Below, piece by piece: positions 44,410 to 61,000 of a stretch of DNA of 64,000 nt (position 1 is its first letter; every line of letters begins with the position of its first letter). A program made the translations under genes and the position numbers. The notes under the pieces are model-generated. The model was not told the DNA's origin, did not search any database, and saw only the letters and a program-made list of their open reading frames with translations. The stretch lies in the NCBI RefSeq assembly GCF_009914755.1, contig NC_060940.1. One strand, 5' to 3'. This stretch comes from the human T2T-CHM13v2.0 reference genome, Homo sapiens.

Positions 44410-47400
44410 ATTCGATGATGATTCCATTCGATTCCATTCGATGATTCCATTCTATTCCATTCGATGATGATTCCATTCGAGTCCATTCGATGATTCCATT
44501 CGAGTCCATTTAATGATTCCATTGGGTTCAATTCAATGATGATTACATTGGATTCCGTTCTATGATTCCATTCAATTCCGTTCATAGACAATTTGATTCC
44601 ATTCGATGATGATTCCATTTGAGTTCATTCGATGATTCTATTCGATTCTCTTCGATGGTGATTCAATTCTATTATATTGGATGATTCCATTCGATTCCAT
44701 TTGATGTTGATTCAATTCGATTCTATTCGATGATGATTCCATTGGATTTCACTTGATGATTCTATTCGATTCCATTCAATGATGATTCACTTCTCGTCCA
44801 TTGGATGATTCCATTTCATTCCATTCGATGATGATTCCATTCGATTCCATTCGATGATTCCATTTGATTCCATGCGACGGTGAGCAATTCGATTCAATTC
44901 CATGATGATTCTATTTGATTCAATTAGATGATGTTTCCATTCGAATCCATTCCATGATTATTCCATTGGAATCCATTTGGCGATGATTCCATATGAGTCA
45001 ATTCAATGATGATTCCATATAGGTCCGTTCGATGATAATTCCATTTGATTTCATTCGATGCTTCTATTCTATTCCAGTCGATGATGATTCCGTTGGAGTC
45101 CATACGATGATTCCATTTGATTTCATTTGATGATGATTCCATTCGATGATGATTACATTGGATTCCATTCTATGATTCCATTCAATTCCATTCGTTGATG
45201 ATTCGATTCCATTCAATGATGATTCCATTTGAGTTCATTCGATGATTCTATTCGATTCCGTTCGATGGTGATTCAGTTCTATTATATAGGATGATTCCAC
45301 TCGATTCCATTTGATGATTATTCCATTGTAGTCCACTTAGTGAATCCTTTAGATTCTACTCGAAGATGATTCCATTCGAGTCCATTCGATGATACCATTC
45401 AATTTCATTCGTTGATGCTTCCATTCAAGTGCATTCGATGATATCATTCGATTCCATTTGATGATAATTCCATTTGATTCCATGCGATGATTCTATTCGA
45501 TTCCATTCAATGATAATTCCATTCAATTCAGTGATTCCTCTGGACTACATTTGATGATGATTCCATTCAATGATTCCATTCGATTCTATTCCAAAATGAT
45601 TCCATTTGAATCCATTTGATGATGATTCCATTAGATTCCATTTGATGATTCCATTCGATTCCATTTGACGATGATTCCATTCGATTCCATTTGATGATTC
45701 CATTCTATTCTATTCGATGATGATTCCATTCCATTCCATTTGATGATGATTGGATTCGATTCCATTTGATGATTTCATTTGATTCCATTCGTTAATGATT
45801 TCGATCAACTCCATTCGATGATTCCATTTGATTCCATTCGATAATGATTACATCCGAGTCCATTCGATGATTCCATTTGAGCCCGTTCGATAATTCCATT
45901 TGAGTCCAATCAATGATTCCATTCATTTCCATTCAATGATTCCATTCGAGTCCATTTGATCATTCTGGTAGGGTCCGTTCGATGTTGATTCCATTGGAGT
46001 GCATTCGATGATTCCATTCGAGTCCATTTTAGGATTTGATTCGAGTCCTTTCGATGATTCCATTCGATTCCACTCGATGATGATTTCATTCGAGTCCATT
46101 CGACACTTCCAATCGATTCCATTTGATGTTTCCATTCGAGTCCAATTGATGATTCCATTCAATTCCATTCGATGATGATTCCGTACGATTCCATTCTGTG
46201 ATGATTCCATGTGATTGCATTCAATGATGATTCCTTTAGATTGCATTCGATTGTGATTCATTTCGTCTTCATTCTATGGTTCCACAGGTTTCCATTCGTG
46301 TCCATTCCATTATTCCATTCTATTCCATTTGGTGATGATTCCATTCGATTCCATTCATTGGTGATTCCACTCAATTCCATTCAATGATTCCATTCCATTT
46401 CTTTCAACAATGATTCCATTAGTTTCTAATCGATGATCCACTTGATTCCATTTGACGACGATTCCATTCTTGTCCATTCGATGATTCCATTTGATTCCAT
46501 ATGATGATGATTCCATTCGATTCCATACCATGATGATTCCATTCGAGTCCATTCAATGGTGATTCCATTCAATTCCATTCGATGATTCCTTTCGATTCCA
46601 TTCGATGATGATGGCATTCGATTCCTTTCAATCATTCCCTTTGATTCCATTCAAAGGTGATTTCATTCAAGTCCATTCGATAATTGCATTCGATTCCATT
46701 CTATGATGATTCCATTCGAGTCCATTTGATGATTCCATTCAATTCAAGTCAATGATGATTCCATTCGATTCCATTCGATGATTCCATTGGATTCCATTCG
46801 ATGATGATTCCATTCAAATCCATTCGATAATTCAATTCAAGTCCATTCGATGATGATTAAAATCGAATCCATTCAAAGATTCCATTCAGTTCCATTCGAT
46901 GATTCCCTTAGATTCCATTCGATGATTCCACTTGATTGCATTTACGATGATTCCATTCGATTCCATGTGATGATTCCATTCAATTCTATTCAATGCTGTT
47001 TCCATTTGATTCCATTCGACCATGATTGCCTTTGATTCCATTCAATGACTCCATTCGGTTCCTTTTGATGATGATTCCGTTCGATTCCATTTGATGATTC
47101 CATTTGATTCCATTGGATGAGTCCATTCGATTACATTCGATGATTATTCCATTCGAGTGCATTAGATGATTCCATTCGAGTCCATTCGATGATTCCATTC
47201 GATTCCATTCGATGTTGATTCTGTTCAAATCCATTCGATGATTCCACTCGATTCCATTCGATGACTCCAGTTGATCCCATTCGATGATTTCCTTTGATTC
47301 CCTTTGATGATCATTCCATTTGATTCAATTCGGTGATTTCATTTGATTCCATTCAGTGATGTTTCCATTCGACTCCATTCGATGATGATTCCATTCGACT

Positions 47401-50400
47401 CCATTCGATTATGATTTCATTCAATTCCATTCGATAATGATTCCCTTCGAGTCCATTCGATGATTCCATTCGATTCCATTCAACGATGATTTGATTCGTG
47501 TCCATTCGATGATTCCATTTGATTCCACTTGATGATGATTCCATTCGAGTCCATTTGATGATTCCATTCAATTCCATTCTCCGATGATTTCTTTTGAGCC
47601 CATTCAATGCTTCCACTCGATTCCATATGATGATGACTCCATTCGATGAAATTCGATGATGATTCCCTTTGATTCCATTCAAAGATGATTCCATTCTAGC
47701 CCATTCAATCATTCCATTCGATTCTATTCAATGATGATTCCATTCATGTCGATTTGGTGATTCCATTTGACTTCATTTGATGATGATTCCTTTCAAGTTC
47801 ATTAGATGATTCCATTCGATTCCATTTGATGATGATCCCATTGGAGTCCATTCAGTGATTCCACTCGTTTCCATTCCATGATGATTCCATTCCATTCCAT
47901 TCAATGATTACATTCGATTCCGTTTGATGATGATTTCATTCGAGTCCATTTGATGATTCCATTTGATTCCATTCGATGATGATTCCATTCGATTCCATTC
48001 GATGATTCTATTCGAATCCATTTGATGATTTCTTTTGATTATAGTTGGTGATGATTCCATTGGAGTCCATTCAATGATTCCATTCGATTCCAATCGATGG
48101 TGATTCCATTAGAGTCCATTTAATGATTCCATTTGATTCCAGTCTCTGATGATTACATTCGAGTCCATACGATGATTCCACTCAATTCCATATGATGATG
48201 ATTCCATTCGATTCCATTCGATGATTCCATTCTATTCTATTCAATGGTGATTCCATTCGAGTACATTAGATGATTCCATTCGATTCCATTCAATGATGAT
48301 TCTATTTGTGTCCCTTAGATGATTCCACATGATTCCATTATATGATGATACTATTTCAGCCCATCCAATTATTCCCTTCGATTCCATTCGATGAGGATTC
48401 CATTCGATTCAATTCATTGGTGATTCTATTCAATTCAATTCTTTGATTCCATTCCATTCCATTCGACAATGATTCCATTCGATTTCTTTCGATGATTCCA
48501 CTCGATTCCACTTGACATTGATTCCCTTCGATTCCATTCAATGATTCCATTTGATTCCAGTGGATGATGATTGCCATCGATTCCATTCGATCACTCCATT
48601 CTATTCCATTTGATGATGATTACATTCGATTCCATTTGACGATTCCATCTGATTCTATTCGAGGATTCCATTTGATTCCATTCGATGATGATTCCATTCG
48701 AGTCCATTCGATGATTTCATTCGAGTACATCCAATGATTCCATTCGAGTCCATTTGATGATTCCGTTTGATTCCATTTGATAATGATTCTACTAGAGTCC
48801 ATTCAATGACTCCATTCGAGTCCATTCAACAATTCCATTCGACTCCATTCGATGATTCCATTCGATTCCATTTGATGGTTCCATTCGAGTCCATTTAATC
48901 ATTACAGTCGAGTCCATTTGGTGATTCCACTGGATTTCTTTTGATAATGATACCATTCAATTACATTTGATGATGATCCCATTCAATTTCATTGGATGAT
49001 GATTCCATTAGAGTCCATTCGATGATTTCATTCGAGTCCCTTCATTGATTCCATCCGATTTCATTGGATGATGACTCCATTCGAGTCCATTCGATGATTC
49101 CACTCGATTCCATTAGATGACTCCATTGGAGTCCATTTGATTGTTCCATTCGATTCCATTCGATTCCTTTCGAAGATTATTCCATTTGAGTCCATTCGAT
49201 GATGATTCCATTCCATTCCATTCGATGATTCCGTTTGATTCCATTCGATGATTCCCTTCGATTCCTTTCTTTGATGATTCCATTCCATTCCATTCAATGA
49301 TTCCATTCGAATCTATTCCATGATGATTCCTTTCGATTCCATTCGCTGATGTTTCCGTTCAATTCCATTCGATGATGATTCCATTCGATTCCATTCATTG
49401 AGGATTCCATTTGATTCCATTCAATGATGATTCCATTCTATTCCATTCAATGATTGCATTCAATTCCATTCAATGATTATCCCATTAGAATAAACTCAAC
49501 GATTCCATTCAATACCATTCGATGATGATTCCTTTTGAGTCCATTCAATGATTTCATTCAAGTCCATTTGATGATTCCTTTCAATTCCATTCTATGATGA
49601 TTCCATTCGAGTCCATTCGATGATTCCATTCGATTGCATTCGATTATTCCATTATATTCCAGTCAACGGTGATTCCATTCGAGTCCATTCCATGATTCCA
49701 TTAGAGTACATTTAATGATTGCTTTGTTTTCAATTCGAAGATGATTACATTGGATTCCATTCTATGATACCATTCGATTCCATTCAATGATGATTCCACT
49801 CAAATCCATTGGATGATTCCATTCCTGTCCATTCGGTGATTTCATTAGATTCCATTCGAAGATGATTCCATTCGATTCCATTCGATGATTCCATTCAATT
49901 CCATTCGATGATGATTCCATTCCAGTCCATATGATCATTCCATTTGATTTCATTCGATGATGATTCCATTCGATTCGATTCGACGATTCCATTCTATTCC
50001 ATTCGATGATGATTCCATTCGAGTCCATTCGATGATTCCATTCGAGTCCATTTAATGATTCCATTGGGTTCAATTCAATGATGATTACATTGGATTCCGT
50101 TCTATGATTCCATTCAATTCCGTTCATTGACAATTTGATTCCATTCGATGATGATTCCATTTGAGTTCATTCGATGATTCTATTCGATTCTCTTCGATGG
50201 TGATTCAATTCTATTATATTGGATGATTCCATTCGATTCCATTTGATGTTGATTCAATTCGATTCTATTCGATGATGATTCCATTGGATTTCACTTGATG
50301 ATTCTATTCGATTCCATTCAATGATGATTCACTTCTCGTCCACTGGATGATTCCATTTCATTCCATTCGATGATGATTCCATTCGATTCCATTCGATGAT

Positions 50401-53400
50401 TCCATTTGATTCCATGCGACGGTGAGCAATTCGATTCAATTCCATGATGATTCTATTTGATTCAATTAGATGATGTTTCCATTCGAATCCATTCCATGAT
50501 TATTCCATTGGAATCCATTCGGCGATGATTCCATATGAGTCAATTCAATGATGATTCCATATGGGTCCGTTCGATGATAATTCCATTTGATTTCATTCGA
50601 TGCTTCTATTCTATTCCAGTCGATGATGATTCCGTTGGAGTCCATACGATGATTCCATTTGATTTCATTTGATGATGATTCCATTCGATGATGATTACAT
50701 TGGATTCCATTCTATGATTCCATTCAATTCCATTCGTTGATGATTCGATTCCATTCAATGATGATTCCATTTGAGTTCATTCGATGATTCTATTCGATTC
50801 CGTTCGATGGTGATTCAATTCTATTATATTGGATGATTCCACTCGATTCCATTTGATGATTATTCCATTGGAGTCCACTTAGTGAATCCTTTAGATTCTA
50901 CTCGACGATGATTCCATTCGAGTCCATTCGATGATACCATTCAATTCCATTCGTTGATGCTTCCATTCAAGTGCATTCGATGATATCATTCGATTCCATT
51001 TGATGATAATTCCATTTGATTCCATGCGATGATTCTATTCGATTCCATTCAATGATAATTCCATTCAATTCAGTGATTCCTCTGGACTCCATTTGATGAT
51101 GATTCCATTCAATGATTCCATTCGATTCTATTCGAAAATGATTCCATTTGAATCCATTTGATGATGATTCCATTAGATTCCATTTGATGATTCCATTCGA
51201 TTCCATTCGACGATGATTCCATTCGATTCCGTTTGATGATTCCATTCTATTCTATTCGATGATGATTCCATTCGATTCCATTCGATGATTCCATTCTATT
51301 CCATTCGATGATGATTCCATTCGAGTCCATTCGATGATTCCATTCGAGTCCATTTAATGATTCCATTGGGTTCAATTCAATGATGATTACATTGGATTCC
51401 GTTCTATGATTCCATTCAATTCCGTTCATAGACAATTTGATTCCATTCGATGATGATTCCATTTGAGTTCATTCGATGATTCTATTCGATTCTCTTCGAT
51501 GGTGATTCAATTCTATTATATTGGATGATTCCATTCGATTCCATTTGATGTTGATTCAATTCGATTCTATTCGATGATGATTCCATTGGATTTCACTTGA
51601 TGATTCTATTCGATTCCATTCAATGATGATTCACTTCTCGTCCATTGGATGATTCCATTTCATTCCATTCGATGATGATTCCATTCGATTCCATTCGATG
51701 ATTCCATTTGATTCCATGCGACGGTGAGCAATTCGATTCAATTCCATGATGATTCTATTTGATTCAATTAGATGATGTTTCCATTCGAATCCATTCCATG
51801 ATTATTCCATTGGAATCCATTTGGCGATGATTCCATATGAGTCAATTCAATGATGATTCCATATAGGTCCGTTCGATGATAATTCCATTTGATTTCATTC
51901 GATGCTTCTATTCTATTCCAGTCGATGATGATTCCGTTGGAGTCCATACGATGATTCCATTTGATTTCATTTGATGATGATTCCATTCGATGATGATTAC
52001 ATTGGATTCCATTCTATGATTCCATTCAATTCCATTCGTTGATGATTCGATTCCATTCAATGATGATTCCATTTGAGTTCATTCGATGATTCTATTCGAT
52101 TCCGTTCGATGGTGATTCAGTTCTATTATATAGGATGATTCCACTCGATTCCATTTGATGATTATTCCATTGTAGTCCACTTAGTGAATCCTTTAGATTC
52201 TACTCGAAGATGATTCCATTCGAGTCCATTCGATGATACCATTCAATTTCATTCGTTGATGCTTCCATTCAAGTGCATTCGATGATATCATTCGATTCCA
52301 TTTGATGATAATTCCATTTGATTCCATGCGATGATTCTATTCGATTCCATTCAATGATAATTCCATTCAATTCAGTGATTCCTCTGGACTCCATTTGATG
52401 ATGATTCCATTCAATGATTCCATTCGATTCTATTCCAAAATGATTCCATTTGAATCCATTTGATGATGATTCCATTAGATTCCATTTGATGATTCCATTC
52501 GATTCCATTTGACGATGATTCCATTCGATTCCATTTGATGATTCCATTCTATTCTATTCGATGATGATTCCATTCCATTCCATTTGATGATGATTGGATT
52601 CGATTCCATTTGATGATTTCATTTGATTCCATTCGTTAATGATTTCGATCAACTCCATTCGATGATTCCATTTGATTCCATTCGATAATGATTACATCCG
52701 AGTCCATTCGATGATTCCATTTGAGCCCGTTCGATAATTCCATTTGAGTCCAATCAATGATTCCATTCATTTCCATTCAATGATTCCATTCGAGTCCATT
52801 TGATCATTCTGGTAGGGTCCGTTCGATGTTGATTCCATTGGAGTGCATTCGATGATTCCATTCGAGTCCATTTTAGGATTTGATTCGAGTCCTTTCGATG
52901 ATTCCATTCGATTCCACTCGATGATGATTTCATTCGAGTCCATTCGACACTTCCAATCGATTCCATTTGATGTTTCCATTCGAGTCCAATTGATGATTCC
53001 ATTCAATTCCATTCGATGATGATTCCGTACGATTCCATTCTGTGATGATTCCATGTGATTGCATTCAATGATGATTCCTTTAGATTGCATTCGATTGTGA
53101 TTCATTTCGTCTTCATTCTATGGTTCCACAGGTTTCCATTCGTGTCCATTCCATTATTCCATTCTATTCCATTTGGTGATGATTCCATTCGATTCCATTC
53201 ATTGGTGATTCCACTCAATTCCATTCAATGATTCCATTCCATTTCTTTCAACAATGATTCCATTAGTTTCTAATCGATGATCCACTTGATTCCATTTGAC
53301 GACGATTCCATTCTTGTCCATTCGATGATTCCATTTGATTCCATATGATGATGATTCCATTCGATTCCATACCATGATGATTCCATTCGAGTCCATTCAA

Positions 53401-56400
53401 TGGTGATTCCATTCAATTCCATTCGATGATTCCTTTCGATTCCATTCGATGATGATGGCATTCGATTCCTTTCAATCATTCCCTTTGATTCCATTCAAAG
53501 GTGATTTCATTCAAGTCCATTCGATAATTGCATTCGATTCCATTCTATGATGATTCCATTCGAGTCCATTTGATGATTCCATTCAATTCAAGTCAATGAT
53601 GATTCCATTCGATTCCATTCGATGATTCCATTGGATTCCATTCGATGATGATTCCATTCAAATCCATTCGATAATTCAATTCAAGTCCATTCGATGATGA
53701 TTAAAATCGAATCCATTCAAAGATTCCATTCAGTTCCATTCGATGATTCCCTTAGATTCCATTCGATGATTCCACTTGATTGCATTTACGATGATTCCAT
53801 TCGATTCCATGTGATGATTCCATTCAATTCTATTCAATGCTGTTTCCATTTGATTCCATTCGACCATGATTGCCTTTGATTCCATTCAATGACTCCATTC
53901 GGTTCCTTTTGATGATGATTCCGTTCGATTCCATTTGATGATTCCATTTGATTCCATTGGATGAGTCCATTCGATTACATTCGATGATTATTCCATTCGA
54001 GTGCATTAGATGATTCCATTCGAGTCCATTCGATGATTCCATTCGATTCCATTCGATGTTGATTCTGTTCAAATCCATTCGATGATTCCACTCGATTCCA
54101 TTCGATGACTCCAGTTGATCCCATTCGATGATTTCCTTTGATTCCCTTTGATGATCATTCCATTTGATTCAATTCGGTGATTTCATTTGATTCCATTCAG
54201 TGATGTTTCCATTCGACTCCATTCGATGATGATTCCATTCGACTCCATTCGATTATGATTTCATTCAATTCCATTCGATAATGATTCCCTTCGAGTCCAT
54301 TCGATGATTCCATTCGATTCCATTCAACGATGATTTGATTCGTGTCCATTCGATGATTCCATTTGATTCCACTTGATGATGATTCCATTCGAGTCCATTT
54401 GATGATTCCATTCAATTCCATTCTCCGATGATTTCTTTTGAGCCCATTCAATGCTTCCACTCGATTCCATATGATGATGACTCCATTCGATGAAATTCGA
54501 TGATGATTCCCTTTGATTCCATTCAAAGATGATTCCATTCTAGCCCATTCAATCATTCCATTCGATTCTATTCAATGATGATTCCATTCATGTCGATTTG
54601 GTGATTCCATTTGACTTCATTTGATGATGATTCCTTTCAAGTTCATTAGATGATTCCATTCGATTCCATTTGATGATGATCCCATTGGAGTCCATTCAGT
54701 GATTCCACTCGTTTCCATTCCATGATGATTCCATTCCATTCCATTCAATGATTACATTCGATTCCGTTTGATGATGATTTCATTCGAGTCCATTTGATGA
54801 TTCCATTTGATTCCATTCGATGATGATTCCATTCGATTCCATTCGATGATTCTATTCGAATCCATTTGATGATTTCTTTTGATTATAGTTGGTGATGATT
54901 CCATTGGAGTCCATTCAATGATTCCATTCGATTCCAATCGATGGTGATTCCATTAGAGTCCATTTAATGATTCCATTTGATTCCAGTCTCTGATGATTAC
55001 ATTCGAGTCCATACGATGATTCCACTCAATTCCATATGATGATGATTCCATTCGATTCCATTCGATGATTCCATTCTATTCTATTCAATGGTGATTCCAT
55101 TCGAGTACATTAGATGATTCCATTCGATTCCATTCAATGATGATTCTATTTGTGTCCCTTAGATGATTCCACATGATTCCATTATATGATGATACTATTT
55201 CAGCCCATCCAATTATTCCCTTCGATTCCATTCGATGAGGATTCCATTCGATTCAATTCATTGGTGATTCTATTCAATTCAATTCTTTGATTCCATTCCA
55301 TTCCATTCGACAATGATTCCATTCGATTTCTTTCGATGATTCCACTCGATTCCACTTGACATTGATTCCCTTCGATTCCATTCAATGATTCCATTTGATT
55401 CCAGTGGATGATGATTGCCATCGATTCCATTCGATCACTCCATTCTATTCCATTTGATGATGATTACATTCGATTCCATTTGACGATTCCATCTGATTCT
55501 ATTCGAGGATTCCATTTGATTCCATTCGATGATGATTCCATTCGAGTCCATTCGATGATTTCATTCGAGTACATCCAATGATTCCATTCGAGTCCATTTG
55601 ATGATTCCGTTTGATTCCATTTGATAATGATTCTACTAGAGTCCATTCAATGACTCCATTCGAGTCCATTCAACAATTCCATTCGACTCCATTCGATGAT
55701 TCCATTCGATTCCATTTGATGGTTCCATTCGAGTCCATTTAATCATTACAGTCGAGTCCATTTGGTGATTCCACTGGATTTCTTTTGATAATGATACCAT
55801 TCAATTACATTTGATGATGATCCCATTCAATTTCATTGGATGATGATTCCATTAGAGTCCATTCGATGATTTCATTCGAGTCCCTTCATTGATTCCATCC
55901 GATTTCATTGGATGATGACTCCATTCGAGTCCATTCGATGATTCCACTCGATTCCATTAGATGACTCCATTGGAGTCCATTTGATTGTTCCATTCGATTC
56001 CATTCGATTCCTTTCGAAGATTATTCCATTTGAGTCCATTCGATGATGATTCCATTCCATTCCATTCGATGATTCCGTTTGATTCCATTCGATGATTCCC
56101 TTCGATTCCTTTCTTTGATGATTCCATTCCATTCCATTCAATGATTCCATTCGAATCTATTCCATGATGATTCCTTTCGATTCCATTCGCTGATGTTTCC
56201 GTTCAATTCCATTCGATGATGATTCCATTCGATTCCATTCATTGAGGATTCCATTTGATTCCATTCAATGATGATTCCATTCTATTCCATTCAATGATTG
56301 CATTCAATTCCATTCAATGATTATCCCATTAGAATAAACTCAACGATTCCATTCAATACCATTCGATGATGATTCCTTTTGAGTCCATTCAATGATTTCA

Positions 56401-58097
56401 TTCAAGTCCATTTGATGATTCCTTTCAATTCCATTCTATGATGATTCCATTCGAGTCCATTCGATGATTCCATTCGATTGCATTCGATTATTCCATTATA
56501 TTCCAGTCAACGGTGATTCCATTCGAGTCCATTCCATGATTCCATTAGAGTACATTTAATGATTGCTTTGTTTTCAATTCGAAGATGATTACATTGGATT
56601 CCATTCTATGATACCATTCGATTCCATTCAATGATGATTCCACTCAAATCCATTGGATGATTCCATTCCTGTCCATTCGGTGATTTCATTAGATTCCATT
56701 CGAGGATGATTCCATTCGATTCCATTCGATGATTCCATTCAATTCCATTCGATGATGATTCCATTCCAGTCCATATGATCATTCCATTTGATTTCATTCG
56801 ATGATGATTCCATTCGATTCGATTCGACGATTCCATTCTATTCCATTCGATGATGATTCCATTCGAGTCCATTCGATGATTCCATTCGAGTCCATTTAAT
56901 GATTCCATTGGGTTCAATTCAATGATGATTACATTGGATTCCGTTCTATGATTCCATTCAATTCCGTTCATTGACAATTTGATTCCATTCGATGATGATT
57001 CCATTTGAGTTCATTCGATGATTCTATTCGATTCTCTTCGATGGTGATTCAATTCTATTATATTGGATGATTCCATTCGATTCCATTTGATGTTGATTCA
57101 ATTCGATTCTATTCGATGATGATTCCATTGGATTTCACTTGATGATTCTATTCGATTCCATTCAATGATGATTCACTTCTCGTCCACTGGATGATTCCAT
57201 TTCATTCCATTCGATGATGATTCCATTCGATTCCATTCGATGATTCCATTTGATTCCATGCGACGGTGAGCAATTCGATTCAATTCCATGATGATTCTAT
57301 TTGATTCAATTAGATGATGTTTCCATTCGAATCCATTCCATGATTATTCCATTGGAATCCATTCGGCGATGATTCCATATGAGTCAATTCAATGATGATT
57401 CCATATGGGTCCGTTCGATGATAATTCCATTTGATTTCATTCGATGCTTCTATTCTATTCCAGTCGATGATGATTCCGTTGGAGTCCATACGATGATTCC
57501 ATTTGATTTCATTTGATGATGATTCCATTCGATGATGATTACATTGGATTCCATTCTATGATTCCATTCAATTCCATTCGTTGATGATTCGATTCCATTC
57601 AATGATGATTCCATTTGAGTTCATTCGATGATTCTATTCGATTCCGTTCGATGGTGATTCAATTCTATTATATTGGATGATTCCACTCGATTCCATTTGA
57701 TGATTATTCCATTGGAGTCCACTTAGTGAATCCTTTAGATTCTACTCGACGATGATTCCATTCGAGTCCATTCGATGATACCATTCAATTCCATTCGTTG
57801 ATGCTTCCATTCAAGTGCATTCGATGATATCATTCGATTCCATTTGATGATAATTCCATTTGATTCCATGCGATGATTCTATTCGATTCCATTCAATGAT
57901 AATTCCATTCAATTCAGTGATTCCTCTGGACTCCATTTGATGATGATTCCATTCAATGATTCCATTCGATTCTATTCGAAAATGATTCCATTTGAATCCA
58001 TTTGATGATGATTCCATTAGATTCCATTTGATGATTCCATTCGATTCCATTCGACGATGATTCCATTCGATTCCGTTTGATGATTCCATTCTATTCT
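44410..58097 (+). repeat. Near-identical 6844-bp tandem duplication (44410-51253 / 51254-58097)
   Basis: Constant 6844 offset (44618/51462, 45923/52767, 48586/55430, 50160/57004, 50967/57811) and shared private variants CATAGACAA, ATATAGGTCCG, CATTGTAGTCC, TATTTCAGCCC and CCCATTAGAATAAAC. Confidence 0.92.
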
Positions 58098-61000
58098 ATT
58101 CGATGATGATTCCATTCGATTCCATTCGATGATGATTGGATTCGATTCCATTTGATGATTTCATTTGATTCCATTCGTTAATGATTTCGATCAATTCCAT
58201 TCGATGATTCCATTCGATTCCATTCAATAATGATTACATCCGAGTCCATTCGATGATTCCCTTTGAGCCTGTTCGATAATTCCATTTGAGTCCAACCAAT
58301 GATTCCATTCATTTCCATTCAATGATTCCATTCGAGTCCATTTGATCATTCCGGTAGGGTCCATTCGATGTTGATTCCATTGGAGTGCATTCGATGATTC
58401 CATTCGAGTCCATTTTAGGATTTGATTCGAGTCCTTTCGATGATTCCATTCGATTCCACTCGATGATTTCATTCGAGTCCATTTGACACTTCCAATCGAT
58501 TCCATTTGATGATTCCATTCGAGTCCAATTGATGATTCCATTCAATTCCATTCGATGATGATTCCGTACAATTCCATTCTGTGATGATTCCATGTGATTG
58601 CATTCAATGATGATTCCTTTCGATTGCATTCGATTATGATTCATTTCGTGTTCATTCTATGGTTCCACAGGTTTCCATTCGTGTCCATTCCATTATTCCA
58701 TTCTATTCCATTTGATGATGATTCCATTCGATTCCATTCATTGGTGATTCCACTCAATTCCATTCAATGATTCCATTCCATTTCTTTCAACAATGATTCC
58801 ATTAGTTTCTAATCGATGATCCACTTGATTCCATTTGACGACGATTCCATTCTTGTCCATTCGATGATTCCATTTGATTCCATATGATGATGATTCCATT
58901 CGATTCCATACCATGATGATTCCATTCGAGTCCATTCAATGGTGATTCCATTCAATTCCATTCGATGATTCCTTTTGATTCCATTCGATGATGATTGCAT
59001 TCGATTCCTTTCAATCATTCCCTTTGATTCCATTCAAAAGTGATTTCATTCAAGTCCATTCGATAATTGCATTCGATTCCATTCTATGATGATTCCATTC
59101 GAGTCCATTTGATGATTCCATTCAATTCAAGTCAATGATGATTCCATTCGATTCCATTCGATGATTCCATTGGATTCCATTCGATGATGATTCCATTCAA
59201 ATCCATTCGATAATTCAATTCAAGTCCATTCGATGATGATTCCAATCGAATCCATTCAAAGATTCCATTCAGTTCCATTCGATGATTCCCTTAGATTCCA
59301 TTCGATGATTCCACTTGATTGCATTTACGATGATTCCATTCGATTCCATGTGATGATTCCATTCAATTCTATTCAATGATGTCTCCATTTGATTCCATTC
59401 GACCATGATTGCCTTTGATTCCATTCAATGATTCCATTCGGTTCCGTTTGATGATGATTCCGTTCGATTCCATTTGATGATTCCATTTGATTCCATTGGA
59501 TGAGTCCATTCGATTACATTCGATGATTATTCCATTCGAGTGCATTAGATGATTCCATTCGAGTCCATTCGATGATTCCATTCGATTCCATTCGATGTTG
59601 ATTCTGTTCAAATCCATTCGATGATTCCACTCGATTCCATTCGTTGACTCCATTTGATCCCATTCGATGATTTCCTTTGATTCCCTTTGATGATCATTCC
59701 ATTTGATTCAATTCGGTGATTTCATTTGATTCCATTCAGTGATGTTTCCATTCGACTCCATTCGATGATGATTCCATTCGACTCCATTCGATTATGATTT
59801 CATTCAATTCCATTCGATAATGATTCCCTTCGAGTCCATTCGATGATTCCATTCGATTCCATTCAACGATGATTTGATTCGTGTCCATTCGATGATTCCA
59901 TTTGATTCCACTTGATGATGATTCCATTCGAGTCCATTTGATGATTCCATTCAATTCCATACTCCGATGATTTCTTTTGAGCCCACTCAATGCTTCCACT
60001 CGATTCCATATGATGATGACTCCATTCGATGAAATTCGATGATGATTCCATTCGCTTGCTTTCGATGATGATTCCACTTGAGTCCGTTAGAAGATTCTAT
60101 TCAATTACATTCCATGACGATTCCGTTCGAGTCCATTTGATGATTCCATTAGACTCCATTCGACGATGATTCCATTCGATGTTATTCGATGATTCCATTC
60201 GATCTCATTCGATGATGATTCCATTCAACTCCATTCGATGTTTCCATTCGAGTTCATTCTATTATTCCATTAGATTCCATTCGATGATGATTCCATTCGA
60301 TTCCATTTGATGATTGCATTCTATTTCATTTGATGATGATTCCATTCGAGTCCACTCGATGATTCCATTCGAGTCCATTTAATGAATCCATTGGTTTCAA
60401 TTCTATGATGATTACATTGGATTCCATTCGTTGATGATTTCATTCGGTTCCATTCAATGATGATTCCATTCAATTCCTTTCAATGTTTCCATTCAATTCC
60501 ATACGATGATGATTCCATTTGATTTGATTCGACAGTGAGCCATTCGATTCAATTCCATGATGATTCTATTTGATTCAATTGGTTGACATTTCCATTCGAT
60601 TCCATTCGATGATGATTCCCTTTGATTCCGTTCAAAGATGATTCCATTCTAGCCCATTCAATCATTCCATTCGATTCTATTCAATGATGATTCCATTCAT
60701 GTCGATTTGGTGATTCCATTTGACTTCATTTGATGATGATTCCTTTCAAGTTCATTAGATGATTCCATTCGATTCCATTTGATGATGATCCCATTCGAGT
60801 CCATTCAGTGATTCCATTCGTTTCCATTCCATGATGATTCCATTCCTTTCCATTCAATGATTCCATTCGATTCCGTTTGATGATGATTTCATTCGAGTCC
60901 ATTTGATGATTCCATTTGATTCCATTCGATGATGATTCCATTCGAGTCCATTCGATGATTCTATTCGAATCCATTTGATGATTTCTTTTGATTATATTTG

